Shown here piece after piece: positions 10,201-20,800 of a stretch of 54,196 nt of DNA. This DNA is from a virus (lineage: Duplodnaviria; Caudoviricetes). The stretch lies in the IMG/VR virus record IMGVR_UViG_3300034407_002255, positions 1 through 54,196 of that record; one strand, given 5' to 3'. Every line of letters begins with the position of its first letter. Position 1 is the first letter of the stretch. Made by a program: the position numbers and the translations under genes. The notes under the pieces are model-generated. The model worked only from the letters and a program-made list of their open reading frames with translations, did no database searches and was not told the DNA's origin.

Positions 10201-12682
10201 ATCAATAAAACATGTTAATACTCCAAACTCCAGATTAATCGGTGAGGGATTAGATACTTTTGTAACAGAAATTTCCGATCTTGATAATTTAGGACCTGCT
10301 GAATCTGGTAAAAACTTTATCGTTTACGATGAAGTCATCTTTTCTGGTGATGAAGATGGATATGGTTATATAAGTTTAGATGGAACTAATAACCTTAGCG
10401 CAGATGCGGGAGACAGAGTATTAAGCGAGCAAGCTGGATTTAATATTCTTCTAGATGGAAATCCATCCGATCCAAGTTTTGAATCTGGTGACATACTTCT
10501 TACTGAAGATGACACAGGTGGTGAACAGATAATTTTAAATGCCACTGATAATCGTGCTAGAGATGATGGTGATGAAATTGTTATGGAAGATGCCTTTAAT
10601 GTTGTAGGTGATTCCATATCAGATGCGGCCGGTGGTATTGCAACAGTTCTTAATCAGGGTACAGCATCAGTAACGGCAAATATTGGAACGACAGCACCCA
10701 GACTTGGTAATTATATAAACACCGATAGTCTTGTCAGCGAGGACATCATAAGAATTCAAGATTCATATTTTTATCAAGCATTCTCTTATGAAGTTAAAGT
10801 TGGTTCTATTCTATCTGATTATATCAATGAGTTGAAAGCATCAGTTCATCCTGCTGGATTTATTCCTTTTGGTAAATTATCACTGTCATCACAGATATCT
10901 GTAAAGATAGGCACAACCGGAGAAAGCACTATTGACTTTACCGGAGACACAGATACGTTTAGTCCAGAATTTGCATCTCTCTTTGGTCTTGTATTTGGTG
11001 AGACTTTGCGTATGCATCATGGCGAGGTAAGAGAAGGTGTTCTTTCTCCAGATGGTAGTAGCAGTTTATTTAACTCATTAGTACAAGAGAACGGAACTGC
11101 CATAGGTGACAAGCTTTTAGAAGAGACTGACGGCGATGCATTGTTGTTTGAAAGTGGTTTTGAGATTGCGGTGGAGAACTCACCACAACACAGTGACGGT
11201 GCTATCCTTTTGGATGCTGGTGTTGGTGGTTCGTTATTATTAGAAACAGCTTTAGGAGAAAATCTAAATCAAGATAGGTCTGTTTCTCATATCACCAAAT
11301 TGTCAGTTAGGCCAGAGATCACTGCACCTAAAACTGCATATGGTGCCCCGATTGCTTCTGGTGTACCAGCTGGTTCTTTATTCATAGCTCCCGGCGGCAT
11401 ACAACTGGAGGATGGATTGTCCGATGGACTTCCGGCCATCGAAAAAGATAATTTGGTGTTAGATGGTGTTGATAACAATAGCACTGGTGGTGGTGATAAA
11501 ATACTTTTTGAAGAAGACTTCAATACGGTATCTGGTGTAAAAATCTCTGACTTGGATGGTTTGTCTATAAGTGACTTAGTTGAATTAGACACTGTAGGAT
11601 TTGTTGAAAATGCTGGTTTAGACTCTGATGGTGATAACATAGCACTTGATGGCACAGATAGCTCTGCATCTAACGCAGATGACAGCCTCTTATTGGACGG
11701 CGGTATCGGCGGCGCTGGTGCTGGTTCCAAGTTACTTCTTGATGGTGCTGGGTTTAGAAATTTCAGTGATCCACCAGAGGGTGGAATAATATTTGAACAG
11801 AGCTCTGCATCTGAAGAATTAGTATTAGAGGATTTCTTGCAACTTCTCATGGAAGATGGTGCTAACATAGATTTAGAGACGGGAACAGATACGGGTCTTT
11901 TAATTGGTGAAGCGATTGGTGTTGGAGACAATAGTGTTAATATAGTCATTGAACATGGTTTGATTGCTGGTGAGAAACTTATCACAGAAGGAAGTAAAAT
12001 TGAACTTGAGGATGACACATTTGGTGGAACTATTCCACCAGAGAACTTTGGTAATAAAGGTATAACACAGTTTACAAGACAAGCAGTTATAACCACTAGA
12101 GACAAAACTAATAGACTCGCACTACAAGATGAATTTGAAATTAATTTAGGGATTGCATTAGAGGACAGTAGCGGAAGTATCAGATTAGATGGAACATCAG
12201 CTGTTCTTGACATTGAGGGGCAGATATTACTGGATGGCACAGACTCTGCTAAAAGTGATGAGGGGTCTCTGTTATTATTAGACAGGACAGATGGTGGTGG
12301 ATCAGATGCGGGAGATAATGTTCTTCTTGACAGCACAGGTGGACGTGATCTTGGTGACAAGTTGATTATGTTTGATACAGTTCGTAATTTTGTTGTTGGT
12401 AATGAGGGTGGTTTCTTTTTATTGGATGGGACAGATGGAACTGGCTCTAACGCTGGTGATGAGTTATTGTTAGAAACAAGTGATGATTTTGGGATAGGTG
12501 GAACACTTGAATTTATTAATCAAAATACGATTAATTTGGCGAATGGTTTAGATGCAGAAAGTGGTGGTTTAGTATTGCCAGGGTCAGAAGCAGATACTGG
12601 TGAGGGTGAAGTTTTGGTAACAACCTTTGATAGCGCTATTGGTACGTTTGATTCAACACAAACAACCTTCGATGCTGCATAA
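7262..12682 (+). CDS. gp7: Baseplate wedge initiator gp7-like, greatly expanded with acidic repeats
   Basis: Between gp6 and gp8; N-terminal Q.PDFI...P.FVEFLKQYY, LY.AKGT..G.KLFFRIL, later IQDSYFYQAFSYEVK..VHPAG. Confidence 0.8.
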   Translation: MAPFDSGLPTKISPLIDGQVPDFIQADHPVFVEFLKQYYKFLESAEITIDGTVDDLLLETFTTSYVSLDGTNESGLDGGDRVVLETGSGTTGKFEIGETITGSTSKATATVLVDAEGKAASWTARLFISANQKFIEGETITGGTSGATSTILTYRANPVQNIQQLLEYQNTDNTVDHFLTAFRDSFLDSIPLALADGVSKRKLIKSIRDLYAAKGTSEGHKLFFRILLGQEAEIDYPSKYMMRISDGNWSTPTIIRCTSDSTGAIPSEMAGQTVTGASSGTKAQIIGVTTFNQGTDSVVEFSLREDSIEGSGFSISETFTGQTTSTDIIQQFTVQGIVTDVTVNDGGILYSVGDAITFDTQKGNGRAEAKVSEISSGSISGVHIEERGENYAIGDSLKFTPASTDVSVDDARAFVSVVGGRLSLEDSTAITPTFFNVENETNSQFVNTKILLNGTSIADAAVEPYAVQGTDRRYSDSRLYYYPLYVTKARAEAANTSTGLAHAHVFEQYPDIVFYMPSDDQNHAKSTFDSSKYDLFVTRQKTVDDGDEIVLEDDFKLLQEEELLSLDSYGTDTDGIILESGTFTVAESTEINRLFFVDGGGGYKKLPTVTVTSSAGSGAEMVANTTTIGAIKEIEVVDNGFKYNADVPEASVNTNLILKDVDATFNFGSRLTSHTGNVVSYDNSVHKLVTSSTPTNRLTMEQSGTFNEAIRLENTAFAGIGEEQHGPVNQNYSVQDESDDGVLIDNHSEKDTRITLENEPGSIVIDAFEIGNYEQISLEQDLDSPVDVGIELEDSLVVKADVSGKILLNSHRRIKFARTEQLNERVDLEDATVGNNVFGEQQSGGLLYNSSMDDVGDRFDLEADTPGREGRGFIQFETATESSSGLGREPRPIFDGTGFSEGDRVTYEIDTSIEFGNNTDSILLETSENPLFNSGSFLIQEDTGNSIVLNTSGGIDNELDVGDKLLQPVLDRSEASNPGQSIKHVNTPNSRLIGEGLDTFVTEISDLDNLGPAESGKNFIVYDEVIFSGDEDGYGYISLDGTNNLSADAGDRVLSEQAGFNILLDGNPSDPSFESGDILLTEDDTGGEQIILNATDNRARDDGDEIVMEDAFNVVGDSISDAAGGIATVLNQGTASVTANIGTTAPRLGNYINTDSLVSEDIIRIQDSYFYQAFSYEVKVGSILSDYINELKASVHPAGFIPFGKLSLSSQISVKIGTTGESTIDFTGDTDTFSPEFASLFGLVFGETLRMHHGEVREGVLSPDGSSSLFNSLVQENGTAIGDKLLEETDGDALLFESGFEIAVENSPQHSDGAILLDAGVGGSLLLETALGENLNQDRSVSHITKLSVRPEITAPKTAYGAPIASGVPAGSLFIAPGGIQLEDGLSDGLPAIEKDNLVLDGVDNNSTGGGDKILFEEDFNTVSGVKISDLDGLSISDLVELDTVGFVENAGLDSDGDNIALDGTDSSASNADDSLLLDGGIGGAGAGSKLLLDGAGFRNFSDPPEGGIIFEQSSASEELVLEDFLQLLMEDGANIDLETGTDTGLLIGEAIGVGDNSVNIVIEHGLIAGEKLITEGSKIELEDDTFGGTIPPENFGNKGITQFTRQAVITTRDKTNRLALQDEFEINLGIALEDSSGSIRLDGTSAVLDIEGQILLDGTDSAKSDEGSLLLLDRTDGGGSDAGDNVLLDSTGGRDLGDKLIMFDTVRNFVVGNEGGFFLLDGTDGTGSNAGDELLLETSDDFGIGGTLEFINQNTINLANGLDAESGGLVLPGSEADTGEGEVLVTTFDSAIGTFDSTQTTFDAA

Positions 12683-12686
12683 GAGT

Positions 12687-12694
12687 TATAAATA
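12687..12694 (+). promoter_or_regulatory. T4-type late promoter TATAAATA
   Basis: Exact consensus, intergenic. Confidence 0.85.
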
Positions 12695-12716
12695 ACATAT
12701 GAGAGGGATGTAGAAG

Positions 12717-13367
12717 ATGGCAGTACAATCAATAGGAGTAGGCACTAACGCTAACGATGGCAGTGGTGATACTCTGCGTGATGCAGGCGCAAAAATTAAT
12801 GACAACTTCACTGAACTTTATACAAAGTTCGGTGATGCTAGTAGTTTGAGTAGTGGTATTAGTGCGACTGCAACTGTGGTTACTTTAACAGCTCCAGAAA
12901 TTAATGGTGTTGTTGCAGGGACACAAACTTCTGCGACCATTACTACTTTGGCGACCACCACAGTAAACGGGACAACATTAAATGCTGGCACTCTTGCTCT
13001 TGCGGCGGGTTCAATAACGGATAGCTCTGGTGACATTGATTTTGGAAATGAAAACCTTGTAACTACAGGAACGTTTGGTGCGGGTGTTACCACTGTGGGC
13101 AACTTAACATGTGGTTCGATAACTTCCACAGGATCATCTATCGTGTTTGAGGGGGCAACATCAGATGACTTTGAAACAACTGTTACAGTGGTTGATCCGA
13201 CGGCAGATAGAACAATAACCATCCCAAATGAAACAGGGACAATGTTGACTACAGGTGCAACCGATGTGGTTAGTGGTAACATGATGAAAAGTTCCTCAAC
13301 ATTACTAATTGTTAATTCGTCAGGATCAACTGTAAAAACAGTTATAGGTTCTGGGGTTGCATCATAA
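12717..13367 (+). CDS. Virion fibre/connector protein with gp9/gp10-type N-terminus
   Basis: IGVGTNANDGSGDTLRDAGAKINDNFTELY is the gp9/gp10-like N-terminal motif; Thr/Gly-rich body. Confidence 0.75.
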   Translation: MAVQSIGVGTNANDGSGDTLRDAGAKINDNFTELYTKFGDASSLSSGISATATVVTLTAPEINGVVAGTQTSATITTLATTTVNGTTLNAGTLALAAGSITDSSGDIDFGNENLVTTGTFGAGVTTVGNLTCGSITSTGSSIVFEGATSDDFETTVTVVDPTADRTITIPNETGTMLTTGATDVVSGNMMKSSSTLLIVNSSGSTVKTVIGSGVAS

Positions 13368-13370
13368 ATA
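13363..13370 (+). promoter_or_regulatory. Late promoter variant CATAAATA
   Basis: One mismatch to consensus, upstream of gp8. Confidence 0.55.
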
Positions 13371-13388
13371 AGTAAATAGGAAAAACAA

Positions 13389-14885
13389 ATGGCTGCTATT
13401 ATCACAGAGAAGTTTAGACTTCACAACACTGATCAGTTTGAGGAATCCTTTACGGAGTCTGCTAACAATACTTACTACTTTTTCATTGGAAAGTCCATGC
13501 CCTTTACGTCAGGGACAAGTGGTGGATCAGACGCATCTCCTCCGACTCCTCTAGATGGTCCTACTGAAGAATTTTATGCTTGGGATGCAATGACCGCTGC
13601 AAAGAAGATTTCGTCAACTAACGTGCAACGTGTTATTCCCAGAAGGAATTGGGCAAACGGTTCCACGTTTGATATGTATAGACCAGATTATAGTTCTTCA
13701 AATACTGCAACGTCTGGAGCATCAAATCTGTATGACTCAACATTTTATTTTATGACTGCTGACAATAGGGTATATAAGGTATTAGATAATAATGCTGGAG
13801 CAGCGTTTAGTGGAACAGAGCCAACAAGCACCACCACCTCTCCATTTGCGTCGGGCGGATATGTATTACAATACATGTATACTTTATCTAGCAGTGAAAT
13901 CAATAATTTTCTAACATCAGATTTTCTTCCTGTGACAACAGACTCAACTGTTAGCGCTGCTGCCACAGATGGGGCCATTGACTCCCTAATTGTAACTGCT
14001 GGTTCTGGATACACGAATGGGACATATTACGCAGCTGTTTATGGAGATGGAACTTCTCAAGGAACATCTTCCGGTGCGATTGTGAGGATCACTGTTGCGT
14101 CTGGAGCAATTCAATCGTTTGGAATGACAGCGGGTACAGATACCACAGTTCATTCTGCTGGTGAAGGTTATACTTTTGGGACTGTTAATCTTTCGTCAGG
14201 TTTTACCTTTTCAGATGCATCACTGGCAACTGCTTCAGCAATGGGTGGTTCTGGTGGTTCTATTGAAGTCGTTATTGGACCGAAGGGTGGACATGGTTCA
14301 AATGCGGTAGAGGAACTTGGTGGTCATTTTCTCATGATGGCAACGTCACTCAATGCAGCTGAGGGTGATGACGTAACGACAGCGAATGATTTCCGTAATA
14401 TTGGTATTGTAAAAGACCCAACATCTTTTGGAACAACGTCAGTTGCAACGGATGCCACGGTAAGACTAACATATGCACTTAAACTGTCGGGTGTGTCCGG
14501 CACGTTTGATGGAGACGAAAAAATAAGTCAAGCATCCACAGGAGCTATTGGTAGAGTTGTTGAGTGGGACAGTTCTAATTCCATACTTTATTACCAACAA
14601 GAGAGATTTGGTGATTATGGAACAAATGGCACGAACGGTGGATATGTTGCTTTTAGTGGGGAAAATTTGGTTACAGGTGCAACCTCTGGTGCAACAGGAA
14701 CCCCAGACGCCGCAGCAGATACAGCAGTGACCCTTGCTGGTGGTAACACCATTACATTCACTAATGGTTACGCAAATCCAGAGATGGCTGCAGATAGTGG
14801 AGATATCATTTATATAGAAAATAGAAAACCGATCAGTAGATCATCTGACCAGATTGAAGATATCAAGGTAATTGTGGAGTTTTAA
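13389..14885 (+). CDS. gp8: Baseplate wedge subunit gp8
   Basis: MAAIIT.KFR, VIPRRNW..G..FDMY, VYKVLDN, GGHG.NAVEELG, NDFR.IGIVKDP, SGDIIYIENR.PI.R..DQ.EDIKVIVEF. Confidence 0.92.
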   Translation: MAAIITEKFRLHNTDQFEESFTESANNTYYFFIGKSMPFTSGTSGGSDASPPTPLDGPTEEFYAWDAMTAAKKISSTNVQRVIPRRNWANGSTFDMYRPDYSSSNTATSGASNLYDSTFYFMTADNRVYKVLDNNAGAAFSGTEPTSTTTSPFASGGYVLQYMYTLSSSEINNFLTSDFLPVTTDSTVSAAATDGAIDSLIVTAGSGYTNGTYYAAVYGDGTSQGTSSGAIVRITVASGAIQSFGMTAGTDTTVHSAGEGYTFGTVNLSSGFTFSDASLATASAMGGSGGSIEVVIGPKGGHGSNAVEELGGHFLMMATSLNAAEGDDVTTANDFRNIGIVKDPTSFGTTSVATDATVRLTYALKLSGVSGTFDGDEKISQASTGAIGRVVEWDSSNSILYYQQERFGDYGTNGTNGGYVAFSGENLVTGATSGATGTPDAAADTAVTLAGGNTITFTNGYANPEMAADSGDIIYIENRKPISRSSDQIEDIKVIVEF

Positions 14886-14888
14886 TAA

Positions 14889-17800
14889 ATGCCCCAAAAA
14901 ACAAATTTAAATGTTGCCCCGTACTATGACGATTTTAATGAATCTGATAATTTTGTGCGAACACTGTTTCGGCCAGGGTTTGCCATACAGGCGAGAGAGT
15001 TAACACAGCTCCAATCGGTTTTACAAAATCAATTGGAGCAGGGATTTAGTCATATCTTCACAGATGGGACTATGATCATTCCTGGCCAAGTAACATATTC
15101 TGGAGGTAAAGACGCATTAAGATATGTTAAATTAGCATCAACAATTAGTGGAGAAACTATTGAGTTAGATCAGTTTGTTGACGCTGACAATCCTGTTATT
15201 GTCACAGGTAAAACTTCTGGTGTGCAGTTCATGGTGATCGACGTTGCAGCTGCAACATCAACTGACCCAGCAACTTTATTTGGTCATTATATTACAGGTA
15301 ACCTTCAAGGTACAAGAGATTATAATCAAAATACAGACAGAGATACCCTCCGTGGTGAAGTTCAACAACTTGATGCAGCAGGGTTCGATAGATTTGTTGT
15401 TGATGAGGAATTAACTGCAAACGTAGCAATTCAACACGGAAGCACTGCTTTTGCAATTGGGGATGTGTGTCTTAAAACAGAAGCGACAGAGGACACAAGT
15501 GTTACAGATGGAAGAGTAACCGGACTTTCAACTCTTGCAAAAATTTCTGAAGGTATATATTTTACCAGAGGACATTTTGTAAAAGTAGATGATCAAATTA
15601 TTGTTGTAGAAAAGTATAACTCAAAAAACATAAGCGTAAGAATTGGTTTACAGGTTAACGAAGAAGTTGTAACACCAGAGACAGATACCACTTTGTTAGA
15701 TAATGCACAGGGGTCATCTAACTTTGCTGCGAAGGGTGCCCATAGGTTAAAAATATCTTTAACTCTTGTATCAAAAGCACTTGGTTCTACAGATGATGCT
15801 AACTTCTATGAAATCGTTAGAATTAAAGATGGTAAAGCTGAGAAGTTTGCAAGAACCACAGATTATTCAATTATTGAAGAGACACTTGCTCGTAGAACCT
15901 TTGATGAATCTGGAAACTACACTGTAAGACCATTTACCTTCCAAATAAAAGAATCGGTAGACGTTAGTGTGGGTGCAGAGAATTTTGAAGGTGCATACAC
16001 GGTTGGCCAAACTACGGACAAAGGTAATGTTGCATCCGACGACTTACTAGCACTTCAAATATCTACAGGTAAAGCATATGTTAAAGGTTTTGAAATTGAA
16101 AAGATTGCTCCAACTGTTCTTGATATTACTAAGGCAAGAAGTTTCAATACTGTAAATGCTGGTGTCACTGCATTTGAGATTGGTAACTATGTAGCAATTA
16201 CTAATCTACACAGCACCCCAGATATTACATTTATTAGTGGTGAGTCAACAGCATTTAAAGAAATACAATTGTATGACACAGCAATCGCAACTAGAGGAAG
16301 TGCATCTGGCACAAAGATAGGTGTTGCTCGTGCAAGAACATATCAGCATCAGTCGGGAGTTGCAGGACAAACAGATGCAGTTTATCGTTTGTATCTTTTC
16401 GACATTAGACCATTCACTAGAATTACTTTATCCGATACTCCTAGTCCATCAATCACTTCAGTTGCTACTAATGGAGGTTCAAGAATAACTGGTAACACAA
16501 GTGGTGCAACAGGATTTGTGTTTGGTTCTGGAACCACTGGAACAACTCTTATTCTAACTAACGTTGCCGGAACTTTTCAGGCGGGAGAAAAACTTAAACT
16601 GTCAAACTCAGCTGAGACAGATCAGTTAATAGAAAATTCAAGTAACGCAGATTTAACTGTTGATAGATTAGTAACGTTTACGTTTGATCAAGTCCGGTCT
16701 GTTTTCATGGAGGACCCAGACTCGGGTCAAGACTTTACTGCTGACATAGCACTCACCTCAGTTCAGACCACGGCATCTTTTATTGTTCTTGATGGAACAG
16801 ATGCTAATGCTTCAGACTCAGAGGATAACATTGTTACGGAACAGGAGGGTATTCCTGTTTCTCTAAACCCTGCAGCATCTGGTGGAACGGGATCAACTGT
16901 TAAACAGGCAAAACTAGAAGAGGCTGAGAAAAACTTATCTTTGTTTAAGTTAGCAAAACGTCCAGTTAAGACCTTGTTGACTGCAACTAATAACGGAGTT
17001 AGTGATACCCAATTTACTATTCGTAAACAGTTTGTTGCAACCACAAACTCCTCTGGAGCTGTCACTGTTTCTGCTGGTGCAAATGAGACTTTTGTATCCC
17101 ACTCTGAAACGGACTATACTATATCCATTCTTACTGGTGGTACGGGCTCAGGAAAACAAGGTGACATAGTAAGTGCTTCAACAGGATTTTCTGGCGCTGG
17201 CTCTGCAACTCTGACAATCACCAACAATGCTGTTTTTGGAACTGGTGCTAAACTAAAAATAATGGCGACCCTACTGAAAACATCAGTTGTGCAAAAAACA
17301 AAGACCACAAAATTGATGAAACAGTTGAAGGTTGTTGCGGGAACAACAGATGCATTTGGAACTCGGCCTTCAGATAAAGTTATATCTCTGGGTAGGGCAG
17401 ATGCGTTTCGACTTATGGCTGTTTTTGAAGGTGTCGATTCAAGCACTGATGCTGCCGCACCAACTATAAGTTTAACTGATGTTAATGGTACTTTTATTCG
17501 TGGTGAAAAAATTGAGGGCGGAACTTCTCAAGCAACTGCAAGAATTGTTAACACCAATACACCGTTAAGTTTGGTTTATACGAGTGGAAATAAAACTTTC
17601 GTTGTAGGAGAAGAAATTACTGCTGAAAGCTCTGGTGCAACTGGAACGATATCTGCTGTTACCATTGGTGACAAAAATATCACACCTAACTTCCTATTTG
17701 ACTCTGGTCAACGAGATAACTTCTATGACATTTCTAGAATACATCGGCGGCCGGGTATCCCTGCCCCCGTTGGAAGACTTTTAGTCATCTATGATTATCT

Positions 17801-20800
17801 TGAGCATAGTTCGGGTGATGTTATAACCGTAGACTCTTATTCAGACGTTGCTAATCAAATGGACTATGTTGATATTCCAACATACACTGCTACTAAAGTT
17901 GATCCAGATGCTCCAGCACCAACTGGTGAGTTTCCGTTGTATAACGTGTTCGACTTTAGACCGACTGTTGAAGATGCAGCAGGAACATCCACTGATGTTT
18001 CTTTGGTTGATGAAATTACAGGACACTCTTTAGATTTCTTCCATCGTCAATATGATGGAACAGGTGCGTCTCCTAATAATTTCTTGAAACCAGGCTCTCT
18101 TGTTCAAGCAGATTATGAATATTATTTACCTAAGAGAGCAGTTCTTGATCTTGACAAAGAGGGATTTTTTAATCTAACTGAAGGTGAACCATCTGAAGCG
18201 CCCGCTCTCCCAGAGATGACAGACGGAGCGATGAAACTTGCTGAGTTATTCATACCGGCATATACTTTCAAGCCAACTGATGTTGTTCTTCGCAGAGAGA
18301 AGAACCAAAGATTTACCATGAAAGACATTGGTAAACTCGCAGACCGTATTGGTAATTTAGAATATTACACACACCTTTCTCTTCTGGAAAGAGATGCAGA
18401 GAGTTTTGAGATTACCGATGCAAACGGATTGAACAGATTTAAATCTGGATTTATTGTTGATGCTTTCCAAGGCCATCGTCTTGGTGATGTGCAACACCCA
18501 GATTATAATTGCTCAATTGACCAAGAAAATAATGAGTTACGTCCTAAAACTAAAAATAAAAATGTTACTCTCATTGAAAAGTTCTCTACAGATTCAGAAA
18601 GAGCAAACTCTGGATATCAAAAGACAGGAGACTTGGTAACCCTGCCTTATACAGAGGTTGTTGCTTCAGAACAAGTATACGCTACGAGACTTGAAAGAGT
18701 TACACCCGTGCTTCTTTCTCACTGGAATGGTAAAATTGAGTTAAGCCCTTCCGGCGATAACTGGTTTGAGGTAGAGATAGCACCAGACCTTATCATAAAT
18801 CAAGAGGGTAACTTTGATACCGTCCTTGCAGCAAATAGAGATGCGATAGGAACAATTTGGAACGCATGGCAAACACAATGGTCAGGTGTTGTTCAATCAT
18901 CATCCTCGCAATGGTGGGAAGGCAATTCATTAGTTGAAAGAACTACACAAACAGTTAGATCAGATCAACAACGAACTGGTGTTCAAACGGATGTGGTAGA
19001 AAAAATTGATTTAGAATCTATGGGAACAAGAGTTATATCCAGAGCGATGCTTCCTTTCTGTCGTGAGAACACGATTGAATTTACTGGAACAGACTTTTTA
19101 CCTAACACACAACTTTATCCGTTCTTTGATCGTAAAGACGTTGCACAGTTTACAAAACCAGCCGAGGGATTTTCTACAAGTGATGCGAGTTTAATTTTTG
19201 GAGATGCACTAATCTCTAGTCCCTCTGGTAAAATTTCTGGGACGTTCCAAATCCCTGATCCTAAAGTTGCGGGAAATCCTCGATTTAGAACTGGAGAGGT
19301 AAGCTTCCGTCTTACATCGAGTCCGACTAATATTACATCAAAGGACCCCCAGACGGCAGCGGAGGCAATTTACCATGCTGTTGGTGTTCTTGAAACTGAA
19401 CAAGAAACTATTCTTGCAACAAGAAACGCTGAAGTCGTTAGAAAAGACGTTGTTGAAAATACGGTTGTTTTCTCTAACGTGATTGACCAAAGGCAGATTG
19501 GAACAAGACAACCGCCTGTACCACCCTCATCTGATGGAGATGGAGATGGTGATGGCGACGGTGGTGACGGTGATCCACTTGCACAAACTTTCATGGTTGA
19601 TGATGTTGGAGGAATGTTTGTTACGAGTTGTGATATTTTCTTCCAAGCAAGAGATGATATTTTACCAGTGACTTTGGAACTTAGGAATGTCATCAATGGA
19701 TATCCTGGCCCAAAGATTATGCCTTTTGGACGGGTCGTTAAGGAACCATCAGAAATAACTTTGACAGAGGATGCAAAAACAGCCACTACGTTTACATTTA
19801 AATCTCCAGTTTATCTCCAACAAGGATTTGAATATTGTATCTGTCTTTTATCAAACTCGCCTGTATATAAGGTGTGGATTGCTCGCATGGGTGAGACTGA
19901 ACTTCAGTCAACTTTGACAGCAACACAAACGGGTGGAACGGCGACGGCTGCAAGTAATCAGTTATTTGCTGAGAGAACTGTATCTGAACAACCCGCTCTT
20001 GGTGTTTTGTTCAAATCTCATAATAATAGGACTTGGGCTCCATCTTTGATGGAGGATTTAAAGTATACTTTGAACAGAGCTTCTTTCAATGCTTCCACTG
20101 GAAACTTCCCTGTGGTAAACCAAGTAAACCCTGTTAAACTACTTGAGAAAAATCCTCTTATTTTCCAAGACGGGAGTAATGTTGTTCAAGTTAAACACAG
20201 AGACCACCAGATGTATTCAACATCCAATAACGTTACACTTGCAAACGTTAAGTCTGGTGCGTCAACAACTCTTGCGTCAGCGATAACAAATGATGCAACG
20301 TCCATCACGTTATCCGATGGAACTGACTTTGATAACACGAGTGGTAAATTCTCTAGAGATTCTAGTAACACATATTTCATAAAAATTGGTGATGAGATTA
20401 TTACTTATCAAACAATCTCTGGTGCAGCGATTACTAGTGCAACAAGAGGGACGAATGGAACCACCGCAGCTGCACATGCAGCAGGGGCAACAGTTGAATT
20501 ATTCATGTTGCACAAAATTCCATTTACGGAACTTAATACGACACACACCTCTCTTGGTAATATTGGAATTGATGATTACACTATTACAATAACCACCTCT
20601 GCTGTGATTGATGGGACTGGTGTCACAAGAGCACAAAATGGTGAAACAGAAGTAACAGCAACGGAAAATATTTTGTTTGATCTTGCACAATACTCAATTT
20701 CAAATATGACAGTTAGTGGGACGAATGTCGTGGCCACCAAACAAAATACCACTGGAACAAGTCCTAGTGGCTCTCAAACTTCATTTGTTAAAACGGCTGC

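Noticed and set aside
11287-12360. 357 aa minus-strand ORF within gp7
   Set aside because: Ser/Pro-rich mirror of the Asp/Gly/Leu codons of gp7; no recognisable motifs or expression signals
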